64,000 nt of DNA, from contig CAYWKB010000001.1 in the NCBI GenBank assembly GCA_964459225.1, positions 116,140 to 180,139 on the forward strand. The letters run 5' to 3'. Made by a program: the position numbers and the translations under genes. The stretch comes from an uncultured Candidatus Saccharibacteria bacterium. GTDB lineage: Bacteria > Patescibacteriota > Minisyncoccia > Phycocordibacterales > PALSA-1337. This document shows positions 27,928 to 36,808 of this stretch, piece by piece (the stretch's first letter is position 1; each line of letters starts with the position of its first letter). Below the pieces are notes generated by a model. The model ran no database searches. It saw only the letters and a program-made list of their open reading frames with translations, and was not told the DNA's origin.

Positions 27928-28015
27928 GGAAGCGTGGCTCGAGTGGTTGAAGGCACCGCTCTTGAAAAGCGGAACCCGGGCAACTGGGTCGTGAGTTCGA
28001 ATCTCACCGCTTCCG
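27928..28015 (+). tRNA. tRNA-Ser (anticodon TGA), class II
   Basis: Acceptor GGAAGCG/CGCTTCC; 3-bp D-stem; anticodon stem CCGCT/AGCGG with loop CTTGAAA; 18-nt variable arm; T-arm GTGAG-TTCGAAT-CTCAC. 88 nt. Confidence 0.9.
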
Positions 28016-28096
28016 CAAATTGATTGTTTAAGTTAATTATATAAAAACAGATCACTATATCTGTCCCCTATTTTTATATAATGCTATAATATATTT

Positions 28097-28555
28097 ATGA
28101 AACCCCTAATCTCATGGGATGCTCCCGAACATAATCATATAGAAAAAAACAATGACTGGTACTGGGCAGTTAGCATAATCACTATTACAGCTTCTGCTCT
28201 TGCATTTATATTTGGAAATTTTATGTTTGGAATATTTATACTTGTTGCGTCTTTTGCTTTAGTAGTTCATTCATCTAAACACCCAAAAACAATACATTGT
28301 GAAATAAATGATAGAGGTGTAGTCATTAACGGTATTTTGTATCCTTTTCTCAATCTTGAATCATTTTGGATTGACGCACATACTGAACCTGCAAAAATAA
28401 TCATAAAACCTAACAAAACTTTTATGCCATATATCAACATCCATATTGAAAATGTTGATAGAGAGCATGTTAGAGATATATTATTAAATTATATTGCAGA
28501 AACCGAGCATGCCGAACCATTATCTCAACAAATACTTGAGAGACTTGGATTCTGA
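28097..28555 (+). CDS. hypothetical membrane protein
   Basis: 152 aa with two TM helices near the N-terminus and no motif. Lies between two tRNA genes. Confidence 0.4.
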   Translation: MKPLISWDAPEHNHIEKNNDWYWAVSIITITASALAFIFGNFMFGIFILVASFALVVHSSKHPKTIHCEINDRGVVINGILYPFLNLESFWIDAHTEPAKIIIKPNKTFMPYINIHIENVDREHVRDILLNYIAETEHAEPLSQQILERLGF

Positions 28556-28582
28556 GTAAAATATGTTAATGTAGTTTAAATA

Positions 28583-28654
28583 GCCCCCGTCGTTCAATGG
28601 ATAGGACACAACTTTGCGGAAGTTGTGATGTAGGTTCGATTCCTACCGGGGGCA
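28583..28654 (+). tRNA. tRNA-Arg (anticodon GCG as read)
   Basis: Same scaffold as the TCT tRNA-Arg (D-arm GTTC-AATGGATA-GGAC, T-arm GTAGG-TTCGATT-CCTAC). Anticodon stem CAACT/AGTTG with loop TTGCGGA gives G34-C35-G36. Confidence 0.8.
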
Positions 28655-28742
28655 CTTTTTTTTAAATCTAATATGACGTTGACTTTTATGGTAATTATTA
28701 TATTATTCTCTCTGGAATAAACCTCATCCAAAAGGATCAATT

Positions 28743-29054
28743 ATGGAAAATTGCACTCATCTCTCGGAAGGAAAACTAGGCTATGTTACTTGCCCACACG
28801 GTCAAAGCAAGTGCGTCGGACACAGTGGAGATTTTAAATATGAGAACCTCGAATTACCTAATCCGAGTTTCCTTGGACTCTACAAATGCTTGTTTTTCCG
28901 TCATTGTGGGAGAGCAATGTTGAGATACAAAATTATTCAAGTACAAACATGTAAAATCTGTGATCGCAAAGTAGTAAACGATACCTTTGAGCGCTTTGCA
29001 CTTTGTAGCTGTTGCGGACACAGAGTGGACACCACACAAAGAGAGTGCGACTAA
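28743..29054 (+). CDS. hypothetical Cys-rich small protein (13 Cys in 103 aa)
   Basis: ORF with locally elevated GC (about 42%), multiple CxxC/CxC pairs, and a shared bidirectional terminator at its 3' end. No family recognised. Confidence 0.4.
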   Translation: MENCTHLSEGKLGYVTCPHGQSKCVGHSGDFKYENLELPNPSFLGLYKCLFFRHCGRAMLRYKIIQVQTCKICDRKVVNDTFERFALCSCCGHRVDTTQRECD

Positions 29055-29121
29055 CACTCAGAATGGCTTAATAACAATCAATAATTTTTTAACTTACCAC
29101 CTCTCAGAAATTGAGATAAAC

Positions 29122-29150
29122 AAAAAAACCGGATAGATTCCGGTTTTTCT
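29122..29150. terminator. bidirectional intrinsic terminator (accgga-tagat-tccggt, A7 before, T5 after)
   Basis: Between the convergent Cys-rich gene (+) and rpsT (-). Confidence 0.6.
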
Positions 29151-29155
29151 TTTTG

Positions 29156-29422
29156 TTATTTAGTAATTGTCTTTATCGCTGACATTAATCTAGACTTGTA
29201 TCTTGATGAAGTATTTTTCTTAATGTAATTTCTTTTTACTGCCTTATCAAGTGCTTGATATATAGTTGGTACAAGTGCAATTGCCTCTTTTGAATTTTTT
29301 TCTGAAATTAACTTACGGAATTTCTTTAGAGGAGTATCAATTGCTGCCTTTGTACGCAGATTAAATACCCTTTTCTTATCTCCTGCTCTTATTGCCTTTT
29401 TTGCTGATGATGTTATTGCCAT
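29156..29422 (-). CDS. rpsT: 30S ribosomal protein S20
   Basis: MAITSSAKKAIRAGDKKRVFNLRTKAA...KAVKRN signature. Start taken at MAITSS; the track ORF begins 9 codons earlier. Confidence 0.85.
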   Translation of the reverse strand: MAITSSAKKAIRAGDKKRVFNLRTKAAIDTPLKKFRKLISEKNSKEAIALVPTIYQALDKAVKRNYIKKNTSSRYKSRLMSAIKTITK

Positions 29423-29489
29423 ATGTGTTTTGTACATAAAAACTAACATATAGCTTTAAAAAAGACAAGGTCTAAGATATGATAGAGGT

Positions 29490-30068
29490 ATGATACACAG
29501 ACTTACAGGCCAAATTGCCCATATAGACCCTAAATATCTAGTATTGGATGTAAACGGTATTGGCTACAAAATACATGCCACAGTAGATATATTGAGTAAA
29601 TACGAGATATCGAATTCCCCTATCACAATATGGACGTATTTGGCAGTTAGGGAAAATTCATTAGACCTATACGGATTTACATCAATTCATGAATTAAATA
29701 TTTTTGAATTACTGCTCACCGTATCAGGTATTGGTCCAAAAACTGCTTTAGGTGTTATGAATTCCGCTTCAGTAGAGGCTATTGAAACCGCAGTACAGAC
29801 AAGTGACACATCACATTTAACTAAGGTTTCAGGGATTGGTAAAAAGGTAGCAGAAAAAATAGTTATGGAATTAAAAGATAAAATAGAAAAAGTATCACAT
29901 TCAGTTGAATCAAAAAATGCAATGAAAAATGATAGCGATGTAATAGAAGCATTGAAATCATTAGGATATAATCAAAATGAAGCAAGAGAAGCAGTAAAAG
30001 AAATTCCAAAAACAATTACAAAGACAAATGAAAAGATAAAAGAGGCATTAAAAATTTTAAGTAAATAA
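29490..30068 (+). CDS. ruvA: Holliday junction branch-migration complex subunit RuvA
   Basis: MIHRLTGQI...GIGYKIH N-terminal OB domain, two HhH motifs (SGIGPKTA, SGIGKKVAEKI), C-terminal domain III. 192 aa. Confidence 0.9.
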   Translation: MIHRLTGQIAHIDPKYLVLDVNGIGYKIHATVDILSKYEISNSPITIWTYLAVRENSLDLYGFTSIHELNIFELLLTVSGIGPKTALGVMNSASVEAIETAVQTSDTSHLTKVSGIGKKVAEKIVMELKDKIEKVSHSVESKNAMKNDSDVIEALKSLGYNQNEAREAVKEIPKTITKTNEKIKEALKILSK

Positions 30069-30069
30069 T

Positions 30070-31290
30070 ATGTTAGATAATACCCTATCAATCATAAGAA
30101 AGTTCATTCCGAAAAAGGTTTATACTTTTTTCCAGCCTGCATATCATTATATTTTAGCTTTTTCTTCTGCCCTTTTTTATAATTTCCCTTCTAAAAAAAT
30201 AAAAATAATCGGTGTTACAGGCACAAAAGGTAAAAGTTCAACAGTTGAAATAATTAATGCTATTTTAGAAAAAGCTGGGTACAAAACTGCCCTATCAAAT
30301 ACAATAAGATATAAAATCGCAGATGAATCTTTCCCAAATAAATTTAAAATGTCTATGCCGGGTAGATTTTTTGTTCAAAAATTTATTAGAAATGCAATCA
30401 AAAAAGGTTGCGACTATATAGTTTTGGAAATGACATCTCAAGGAGTACTTCAATACCGTCATAAATTTATAGATTTAAATGCTTTAGTTTTTACAAACCT
30501 TTCACCTGAGCATATAGAATCACATGGATCATACGAAAAATATGTAGAAGCAAAATTGGAAATTGCAAAGGAATTATCTAATTCAAGTAAAAGACCTAGA
30601 ATAGTTATAACAAATGCAGATGATAAAGAAGGATACAAATTCCATAATTTCAATGCAGAAATCAAAAAGTCATATAGCTTAAAAGGCATAAATATTAGCA
30701 CTCCACTTCAGGGTGAATTTAATAAGTACAATGTTCTAGCGGCTATAACCTTAGCAAAAGAGTTAGGAATCAAAGATGAAACAATAAATGAAGCCGTAAG
30801 TAATCTAAAAGAAATTCCGGGTAGAGTTGAATATATAAAAGCAGGACAGAAATTTAATGTAATAGTAGATTATGCCCATACACCTGATTCCCTTTCAAAA
30901 CTATATAAAGTATTTGAAAGAAAAGAGGGACAAAAAAATATCTGTGTACTAGGTGGCACAGGCGGTGGAAGAGATAATTGGAAAAGAAAAGAAATGGGAA
31001 AAATTGCAGAAATGAATTGTGATGAAATTATTTTAACAAATGAAGATCCATATGATGAAGATCCTGAACAAATAGTCAGAGATGTTGCATCAGGAATACA
31101 AAGCATAAAGCCATTAATAATAATGGATAGAAGGCAAGCGATAAATAAAGCTATTAGTCTTGCGAGTGATAGTGATAATGTAATTATTACAGGCAAAGGA
31201 ACTGATCCGTACATTATGGGACCAAATGGAACAAAGATATCTTGGAGTGATACTGAGATTGCTCGTGAGGAAATACTGAAAATTATTTAA
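30070..31290 (+). CDS. Mur ligase family protein (MurE-like, short)
   Basis: IGVTGTKGKSST ATP-binding P-loop and DYAHTPDSL motif (MurE has DYAHNPDAL). At 406 aa it is shorter than canonical MurE. Confidence 0.6.
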   Translation: MLDNTLSIIRKFIPKKVYTFFQPAYHYILAFSSALFYNFPSKKIKIIGVTGTKGKSSTVEIINAILEKAGYKTALSNTIRYKIADESFPNKFKMSMPGRFFVQKFIRNAIKKGCDYIVLEMTSQGVLQYRHKFIDLNALVFTNLSPEHIESHGSYEKYVEAKLEIAKELSNSSKRPRIVITNADDKEGYKFHNFNAEIKKSYSLKGINISTPLQGEFNKYNVLAAITLAKELGIKDETINEAVSNLKEIPGRVEYIKAGQKFNVIVDYAHTPDSLSKLYKVFERKEGQKNICVLGGTGGGRDNWKRKEMGKIAEMNCDEIILTNEDPYDEDPEQIVRDVASGIQSIKPLIIMDRRQAINKAISLASDSDNVIITGKGTDPYIMGPNGTKISWSDTEIAREEILKII

Positions 31291-32542
31291 TCTGTACTGA
31301 ATATTTATTATTTAATACTTTTTTTGTTTCTTGACCTACCCTATCTTTTTCATTCTTAATACCATTAACTCTTTGAAATTCACTTAGAGCATTTGCAGTA
31401 CATGGGCCAAATTTACCTGATCTAGGACAATCATTTTTGCTTTTATTTTTTGGTGGATATACATCTTCAAGTACTAAAGCAGTTTGAAGCGCTAAAACTG
31501 CATTTTTATCATTTGTATCTTTTGTTATATCACCATCCCATTTATATGGGAGCATGAGAGTATCGTATGCCAAAGACACATCATTCCCTGCCCCAAAAAA
31601 GTCTTGAACACCTAAATATGTTTGAAATGCTAAATCTTTTAAAGTACTACTTCTAATTTCCTTATCGGCAAATTGTGATTCGTAAATATAACCATATTCA
31701 ACCAACATACTTGGAGCATCTAAAGTATTATGTGAGCCAATAGCAATCAACTCTTGTTCTTCAACAATTCCAGAATCCTCTATGGGTAGATTACTCACAG
31801 CATTATATTTTGAAAGTCTATTGAATACTGATTTTGCAATTACTCTTGTTGTTGTACTATTTGAATATTGTCTTTCGGGCACATATATTGAAAGTCCAGA
31901 ATACTCTCCAGATACTGAATGATTTTTTCTTGGATAATCATTGAAATGCACATGTATAACCATATCTATCTTATTGTCATTTGCCCATTTATTTATTCCG
32001 TATAATCTAAGCGCAACATTTGTAGGTGCATTATTGTGTAGTACTCCCTCAGGATTTTTAGCTACCTTGCCATTATTAACCAAGGTTAACATTTCATTTT
32101 TACTTTCCCTCACAAAAGTTCTTATGGATTCCCAATTATTTTCAAAATAAGTCTTTAAATCCTTATTCCAATTATCACCATCACGAGCAACGATTACTTC
32201 ATAATGAGGGTTATTATAGAAAAATTCAGAAAGGTATTTTGATAATTCAACCGTCATTTCCCTTTCTTTTAAATTACCGTACTCTGCACCTCCATAATCA
32301 GGCTCATGACCTGGAACTATTAAAACCTTTACCTTAATTTGATTAAGTGGCGCTGAATTATATTTTTCTTTTAACTGGGCAATACTTATTGCCTCTCTCA
32401 TAAATACAGCGCTTAGGTTATTTGTATAACTAAACACAACATCAATATAATGCGTAGCGCGAGGAAAATGATTTACAAGCCATGGTGTGCCTATAATAGT
32501 TATTGCAAATAATGCAGTAATTGTGTATTTATAATATTTCAT
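31283..32542 (-). CDS. N-acetylmuramoyl-L-alanine amidase-like protein with C-terminal peptidoglycan-binding domain
   Basis: N-terminal TM; PGHEPDYGGAEYG...EREMTVEL...VARDGD amidase_3-like region; C-terminal LALQTALV...ANALSEFQRVNGI PG_binding_1-like repeat. Confidence 0.6.
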   Translation of the reverse strand: MKYYKYTITALFAITIIGTPWLVNHFPRATHYIDVVFSYTNNLSAVFMREAISIAQLKEKYNSAPLNQIKVKVLIVPGHEPDYGGAEYGNLKEREMTVELSKYLSEFFYNNPHYEVIVARDGDNWNKDLKTYFENNWESIRTFVRESKNEMLTLVNNGKVAKNPEGVLHNNAPTNVALRLYGINKWANDNKIDMVIHVHFNDYPRKNHSVSGEYSGLSIYVPERQYSNSTTTRVIAKSVFNRLSKYNAVSNLPIEDSGIVEEQELIAIGSHNTLDAPSMLVEYGYIYESQFADKEIRSSTLKDLAFQTYLGVQDFFGAGNDVSLAYDTLMLPYKWDGDITKDTNDKNAVLALQTALVLEDVYPPKNKSKNDCPRSGKFGPCTANALSEFQRVNGIKNEKDRVGQETKKVLNNKYSVQIK

Positions 32543-32593
32543 TCAAAAAGCTAAAATTTAAAAAATATGATATAAAAGTTATAAGATAATTAT

Positions 32594-33478
32594 ATGCCAG
32601 AACTACCAGAGGTACAAACCACAGTTTCCGGACTAAACAGTCACATACGAGGACTAGTAATAAACGATGTCTGGACTGAATACAATAGTCCGTATTTTCA
32701 TGGATCAGATAATATTAAAGATCCTAAGTTTTTTAAATATTTCAAAAAAACAATAAAAGGTGCAGAAATCATTGATGTAAAACGTAGAGCTAAAAACATA
32801 TTAATTAATCTCTCAAATGGCTTCACTATTTTAATTCATATGAAAATGACAGGACATGTGATGTATGGAGACTATAATAAAAAAGACCCATTTAATAGAT
32901 TTATTAGATTAATATTTTATCTTTCAAATGGAAAGACTATGGAATTATGCGATACAAGAAAGTTTGCAAAAGTAACTTTGATTGAGACAAAATCAATGCA
33001 TAATACAATTCATCTAAAAGATATTGGTCCAGAACCACTAGAAAAAGATTTTACACTAAAAGTTTTTAAAGAAAGAATAGGTCATAAACCAAATGGAAAT
33101 ATAAAATTAGTTTTGATGGATCAATCAATAATCGCAGGAATTGGAAATATTTATGCAGATGAAAGTTTATGGAGAGCCGACATACATCCACTTAGCAAAG
33201 TTTCAGAATTATTAAAAGAAAAAAATTCAGATTATATAAAAAAATTATATAAAGCAATAAAAGAAACATTATCAAAAGGAATAGATTTCGGCGGAGACTC
33301 AATGAGTGACTACAGAAACATACATGGAGAAAGAGGAAAATTCCAAGAGCAACATAGAGCTTATCGAAAGACTGGAACGGAATGTAGCAAAAAAGGCTGT
33401 AATGGAAAAATCGTAAGAATCGTTGTGGGTACTCGTGGAACTCATCTTTGTAATGCACATCAAAAACTATTCAATTAA
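32594..33478 (+). CDS. mutM: formamidopyrimidine-DNA glycosylase (Fpg/MutM)
   Basis: MPELPEV N-terminus with catalytic Pro2/Glu3, H2TH region, C-terminal zinc finger (CSKKGCNGKIVRIVVGTRGTHLC). Confidence 0.85.
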   Translation: MPELPEVQTTVSGLNSHIRGLVINDVWTEYNSPYFHGSDNIKDPKFFKYFKKTIKGAEIIDVKRRAKNILINLSNGFTILIHMKMTGHVMYGDYNKKDPFNRFIRLIFYLSNGKTMELCDTRKFAKVTLIETKSMHNTIHLKDIGPEPLEKDFTLKVFKERIGHKPNGNIKLVLMDQSIIAGIGNIYADESLWRADIHPLSKVSELLKEKNSDYIKKLYKAIKETLSKGIDFGGDSMSDYRNIHGERGKFQEQHRAYRKTGTECSKKGCNGKIVRIVVGTRGTHLCNAHQKLFN

Positions 33479-33937
33479 TTTATACAAAATAATCCCAGTC
33501 GCAACAGAAACATTTAAAGATTCCTTGGAACCATACATAGAAATTTCAGCAATAATATCCGACATATCAATAATATCTTTTGCAACTCCATCGACTTCAT
33601 TCCCTACTATAAGCAATATATTATTTAGAGTTTTAATATCTTTGTAATTAATTGATTTATCATTTTGCTCGAGCGATATTATCTGAAAGTTTTCTTTTTT
33701 AAGTTTTTCAATCAAATTTTTAATATCTTTGATTTCTTCCCAAGCAACAGTTTTTTCGGCACCAAGAGATGCTTTATTAATATCACTTCTTTCCCTACCA
33801 AAACGATCAATGGGAGCGGGAGTAATACCAGAAATATATATTTTAGAAACACCCACAGCATCAGCAGTACGAAATATGGCACCGACATTGTGAGTGCTTC
33901 TAATATCATGAAGTAATAGGTGAATATTCCTTTTCAC
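33467..33937 (-). CDS. SpoU-family tRNA 2'-O-methyltransferase (TrmL-like)
   Basis: 156 aa: NIHLLLHDIRSTHNVGAIFRTADAVG, LLIVGNEVDGV and SLNVSVATGIILY SPOUT motifs. Confidence 0.75.
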   Translation of the reverse strand: MKRNIHLLLHDIRSTHNVGAIFRTADAVGVSKIYISGITPAPIDRFGRERSDINKASLGAEKTVAWEEIKDIKNLIEKLKKENFQIISLEQNDKSINYKDIKTLNNILLIVGNEVDGVAKDIIDMSDIIAEISMYGSKESLNVSVATGIILYKLIE

Positions 33938-34040
33938 ATATCTACTCTATATCAAATATATTAAATATCAATACTGACCCTAGCCAATTATGTATTTTAT
34001 GTTAATATCATTCCCATACGATGTTTTTGAAAGGTGTAAG

Positions 34041-34070
34041 AATAAATGCGCCAATAGCTGTTTTGGTAGG
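34041..34070. repeat. degenerate copy of the tRNA-Lys 5' end including its upstream aataaatg (about 25/29 identical)
   Basis: aataaatgcgccAatagctGTtttggtag at 34041-34070 versus aataaatgcgccCatagctCAgttggtag at 34113-34141, read directly. Confidence 0.5.
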
Positions 34071-34119
34071 CTTAAGTCAAGCTATGGTATATATGTTAAA
34101 GTTTGAAAAGTAAATAAAT

Positions 34120-34192
34120 GCGCCCATAGCTCAGTTGGTAGAGCAACTCCCTTTTAAGGAGTGGGTCGTTGGTTCGATTCCAACTGGGCGCA
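34120..34192 (+). tRNA. tRNA-Lys (anticodon TTT)
   Basis: Acceptor GCGCCCA/TGGGCGC; D-arm GCTC-AGTTGGTA-GAGC; anticodon stem ACTCC/GGAGT with loop CTTTTAA; T-arm GTTGG-TTCGATT-CCAAC. 73 nt. Confidence 0.9.
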
Positions 34193-34240
34193 CAATTTAG
34201 AGATATAGACCAAAAGTCTTTGGTATGTTATTATTTTTTT

Positions 34241-34597
34241 ATGAACTTTCCTCAGAAACTATTTGAAATTACAATGGACTTGCTTGTTATTTATCTTCTT
34301 TCTGCTTGTTATCTGTTTTATTTGATCAAAAAAAATTTTCCGGATTTCTGGAATAAATCATATCCTTACGGATTTATGATGATTAAGGCTGGTTATGTTC
34401 ACCTATTTTCAACTCGTGCTTTTCAGATAACTTTTACTACATTAAAAGGCCATGCTCAGATGATGCAAGTTTTATTTACATCTCGTTTTTCTGATAATAG
34501 AAAAATTGGCCTGGTTAAAAATATTGCTCGGCTGCTCTTAGCTTGCTACCTAATCTCTTTTATTTATCTAATATTTATTATAGGTACTTCAATGTAG
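34241..34597 (+). CDS. doubtful hypothetical ORF
   Basis: The track ORF (34169-34597) starts inside tRNA-Lys; the first plausible Met is at 34241. Composition is F/Y/L-rich and AT-rich, so it may be non-coding. Confidence 0.2.
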   Translation: MNFPQKLFEITMDLLVIYLLSACYLFYLIKKNFPDFWNKSYPYGFMMIKAGYVHLFSTRAFQITFTTLKGHAQMMQVLFTSRFSDNRKIGLVKNIARLLLACYLISFIYLIFIIGTSM

Positions 34598-34783
34598 ATT
34601 GTGGCCAAGGGGAGTCAGAATGCTCTGGAAATTATAACTGGATAACCCTTGTGCGATCTCTCTAAGAATTATCCTGGGCCATCAAGGGCGTACAACAAAA
34701 AGTAAGCAGAAGTGCGATTAGGAGTAATTAGTTATTATTTTAATTGATTTGAAAAATTCATCATAAAATGATACATTTAATTT

Positions 34784-35020
34784 ATGAAAAATATCATTCA
34801 ATTCATTGTATCAAATGAAGATAACATCTACACAGCTGAAGGTTTAAATATCCCTATAGTTACTGAAGGAAAGACTTTTGAAGAGTTAATGACAAATATT
34901 CTCGACGCTGTAAAACTATTCTTTAAAGAGGAAGACTCAGCATCGTTAGGATTTGGTCCTATGCCATCGATTCTTACCAGTTTTGAACTTCCCACAAATC
35001 TTTATGGGAGTATAACTTAA
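34784..35020 (+). CDS. hicB: HicB-family antitoxin (UPF0150, RNase H-like fold)
   Basis: YTAEGLNIPIVTEGKTFEELMTNILDAVKLFFKEE matches the HicB N-terminal domain pattern. Directly followed by a HicA-like ORF. Confidence 0.65.
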   Translation: MKNIIQFIVSNEDNIYTAEGLNIPIVTEGKTFEELMTNILDAVKLFFKEEDSASLGFGPMPSILTSFELPTNLYGSIT

Positions 35021-35249
35021 GACATTATCCGGAAAGGATGTTGTCAAAATACTGAATGGTTTCGGCTTTATTGTTCATGATCAGACTGGAAGTCATATAA
35101 AATTACGTCGTGTGACGTTAGGTATGAATCAGACATTGATTATTCCCAATCATGATTCAATAGCGAAGGGCACGCTCAAAGGAATTCTCAATCAAGCGTC
35201 AAAATACATTACGCAATCAGATTTATTGTCACATTTCTACAGTAAATGA
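35016..35249 (+). CDS. hicA: HicA-family mRNA interferase toxin, lacking a canonical start codon (possible pseudogene or non-AUG start)
   Basis: Hand-translated frame: (L)KTLSGKDVVKILNGFGFIVHDQTGSHIKLRRVTLGMNQTLIIPNHDSIAKGTLKGILNQASKY..., with the HicA GSH...H pattern. No ATG, GTG or TTG between the in-frame stop at 35013 and the conserved N-terminus. Absent from the ORF track. Confidence 0.5.
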   Translation, partial: LKTLSGKDVVKILNGFGFIVHDQTGSHIKLRRVTLGMNQTLIIPNHDSIAKGTLKGILNQASKYITQSDLLSHFYSK

Positions 35250-35363
35250 TTTATGTAATAAAATCGCAAATAAACAAAAGACACATCGTTTATAATGATG
35301 TGTCTTTTGTGATATTATATTAAGTAAAGATAAGCTTTAATTAACATTACGATAAATAAGAAT

Positions 35364-36011
35364 ATGTCTAATTCAATAAATAAATTTACATTGAGAGCAG
35401 GTGGCTCATCACCCATAATAATAGGTTTGCGTTTGTTATGTTTTCTGCTGATCGGTCTTTTGGGAAATTTATCTGATTGGTATGACTATCACAGTATTGA
35501 TACGGAAGGCTTCCTTATCCCTCTATTGTTAGTATTATTTCTCGGTGGAATTTTTAGTTTATATTTCTTCATTATAAGCATAAAGTTAGATGCTGAGTTC
35601 TTAAGTGTTTTTCCTGGGAATAAGCCGTTTGCATTTTCTTGGCAGAGTAATAATATACCGAAAAATAAATCGATAACAATAAGACTAGATGAAATATCTG
35701 GGGTATTTGTAGGACAATTACGCGAACTGGAAAAAATAACCAAGGAATCAAGGGAGCAATCAGCTGAAAATGCATTGCAATACTTTCATAATACATGGAT
35801 TCCCATATCTTCATCGGTTCCTTTACCTATACCAATTTGGTTTGCGGAGCAATTCACGATAATAATGTTTGTTAGATCAACTGAACCCCGAAATTCTTTT
35901 ATAGTTTCGCTTAAACCATTCTCCAAACGTGGGGTTTTAAAATTACTGGGCCATCTTAAACAACACAGGATACAGGTTGTTATACAGCCAAATGTTGGAC
36001 TTGGAAAGTAG
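35364..36011 (+). CDS. hypothetical membrane protein
   Basis: 215 aa with two N-terminal TM helices and no motif. Part of the tRNA-Lys-proximal island with hicBA. Confidence 0.4.
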   Translation: MSNSINKFTLRAGGSSPIIIGLRLLCFLLIGLLGNLSDWYDYHSIDTEGFLIPLLLVLFLGGIFSLYFFIISIKLDAEFLSVFPGNKPFAFSWQSNNIPKNKSITIRLDEISGVFVGQLRELEKITKESREQSAENALQYFHNTWIPISSSVPLPIPIWFAEQFTIIMFVRSTEPRNSFIVSLKPFSKRGVLKLLGHLKQHRIQVVIQPNVGLGK

Positions 36012-36144
36012 CATGAAACTATTGCTTGTAATTTTTTGTCATTATTTTAGCCTATAGACACAAACGGTCTCGGAGCGACAGAAATGCTTAGATCTTTTAA
36101 AATTATAAATTAAATAATTCTAGAGAAAAATTTAATTCGTAATA

Positions 36145-36804
36145 TTAAATCCCCAAAATAAACCCTTCAAATCTACTCTCTAACTCATATCTCCCTCTTC
36201 TTGCTTCGTGATAAATAGTAATTAGTTCATCTAATACCTTTAGTAGGTCTGATTTACTCCAAACACTATTTCCACCAGAAAGTATAAGTGTTTTTATTTT
36301 CCAAAAGACCATACCATGTAATGCCTCAACCACCTCTCCTCTATCTATCGCCTCTCTATACATTATCCATGCTGTTTTTTTATCTTTTTTTCCTATTGCA
36401 TCTGCAATTGCAAAAACATTATTATCCTTTTTAATTTTATTCTTTTCTTCAATTTCAAAAGCCACAACTTTTTCTGCTTTCTTTTCTATTTTGGAAAGCG
36501 TTGCTTTATCTAACTTTCCTTCAATTATTATAAATATATTTTCTGATTCAGATATTTCTTTTATTTTAGAAATAAATTCTTCTTTTATTTCTTTATTTTC
36601 TGATAATCTATCGAGTAGTACTATATATTTATTTGAAAAAAGTCCCTGCCCTCCTATATATTCATCAAGCATTGCAATCGAAAAGTGTTCGCTATCAATC
36701 TTAAAAAAAGAAGCATCCGGCTTTTTCTTTTTCAATGAATCTATTAATTCATGTGATTTTTTAATTATCTTTTGAATATCTGTCCCGTGATATAGATAAA
36801 TCAT
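36145..36804 (-). CDS. holA: DNA polymerase III delta subunit-like protein (short)
   Basis: 219 aa. Weak resemblance to the HolA N-terminal region (IYLYHG...IDSEHF...). Context: the stop abuts the polA start. Confidence 0.45.
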   Translation of the reverse strand: MIYLYHGTDIQKIIKKSHELIDSLKKKKPDASFFKIDSEHFSIAMLDEYIGGQGLFSNKYIVLLDRLSENKEIKEEFISKIKEISESENIFIIIEGKLDKATLSKIEKKAEKVVAFEIEEKNKIKKDNNVFAIADAIGKKDKKTAWIMYREAIDRGEVVEALHGMVFWKIKTLILSGGNSVWSKSDLLKVLDELITIYHEARRGRYELESRFEGFILGI

Positions 36805-36808
36805 TTTA

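Noticed and set aside
34169-34240. 5' portion of the track ORF 34169-34597
   Set aside because: It begins inside the tRNA-Lys gene (34120-34192). At most, an ORF could start at 34241, and even that is doubtful.
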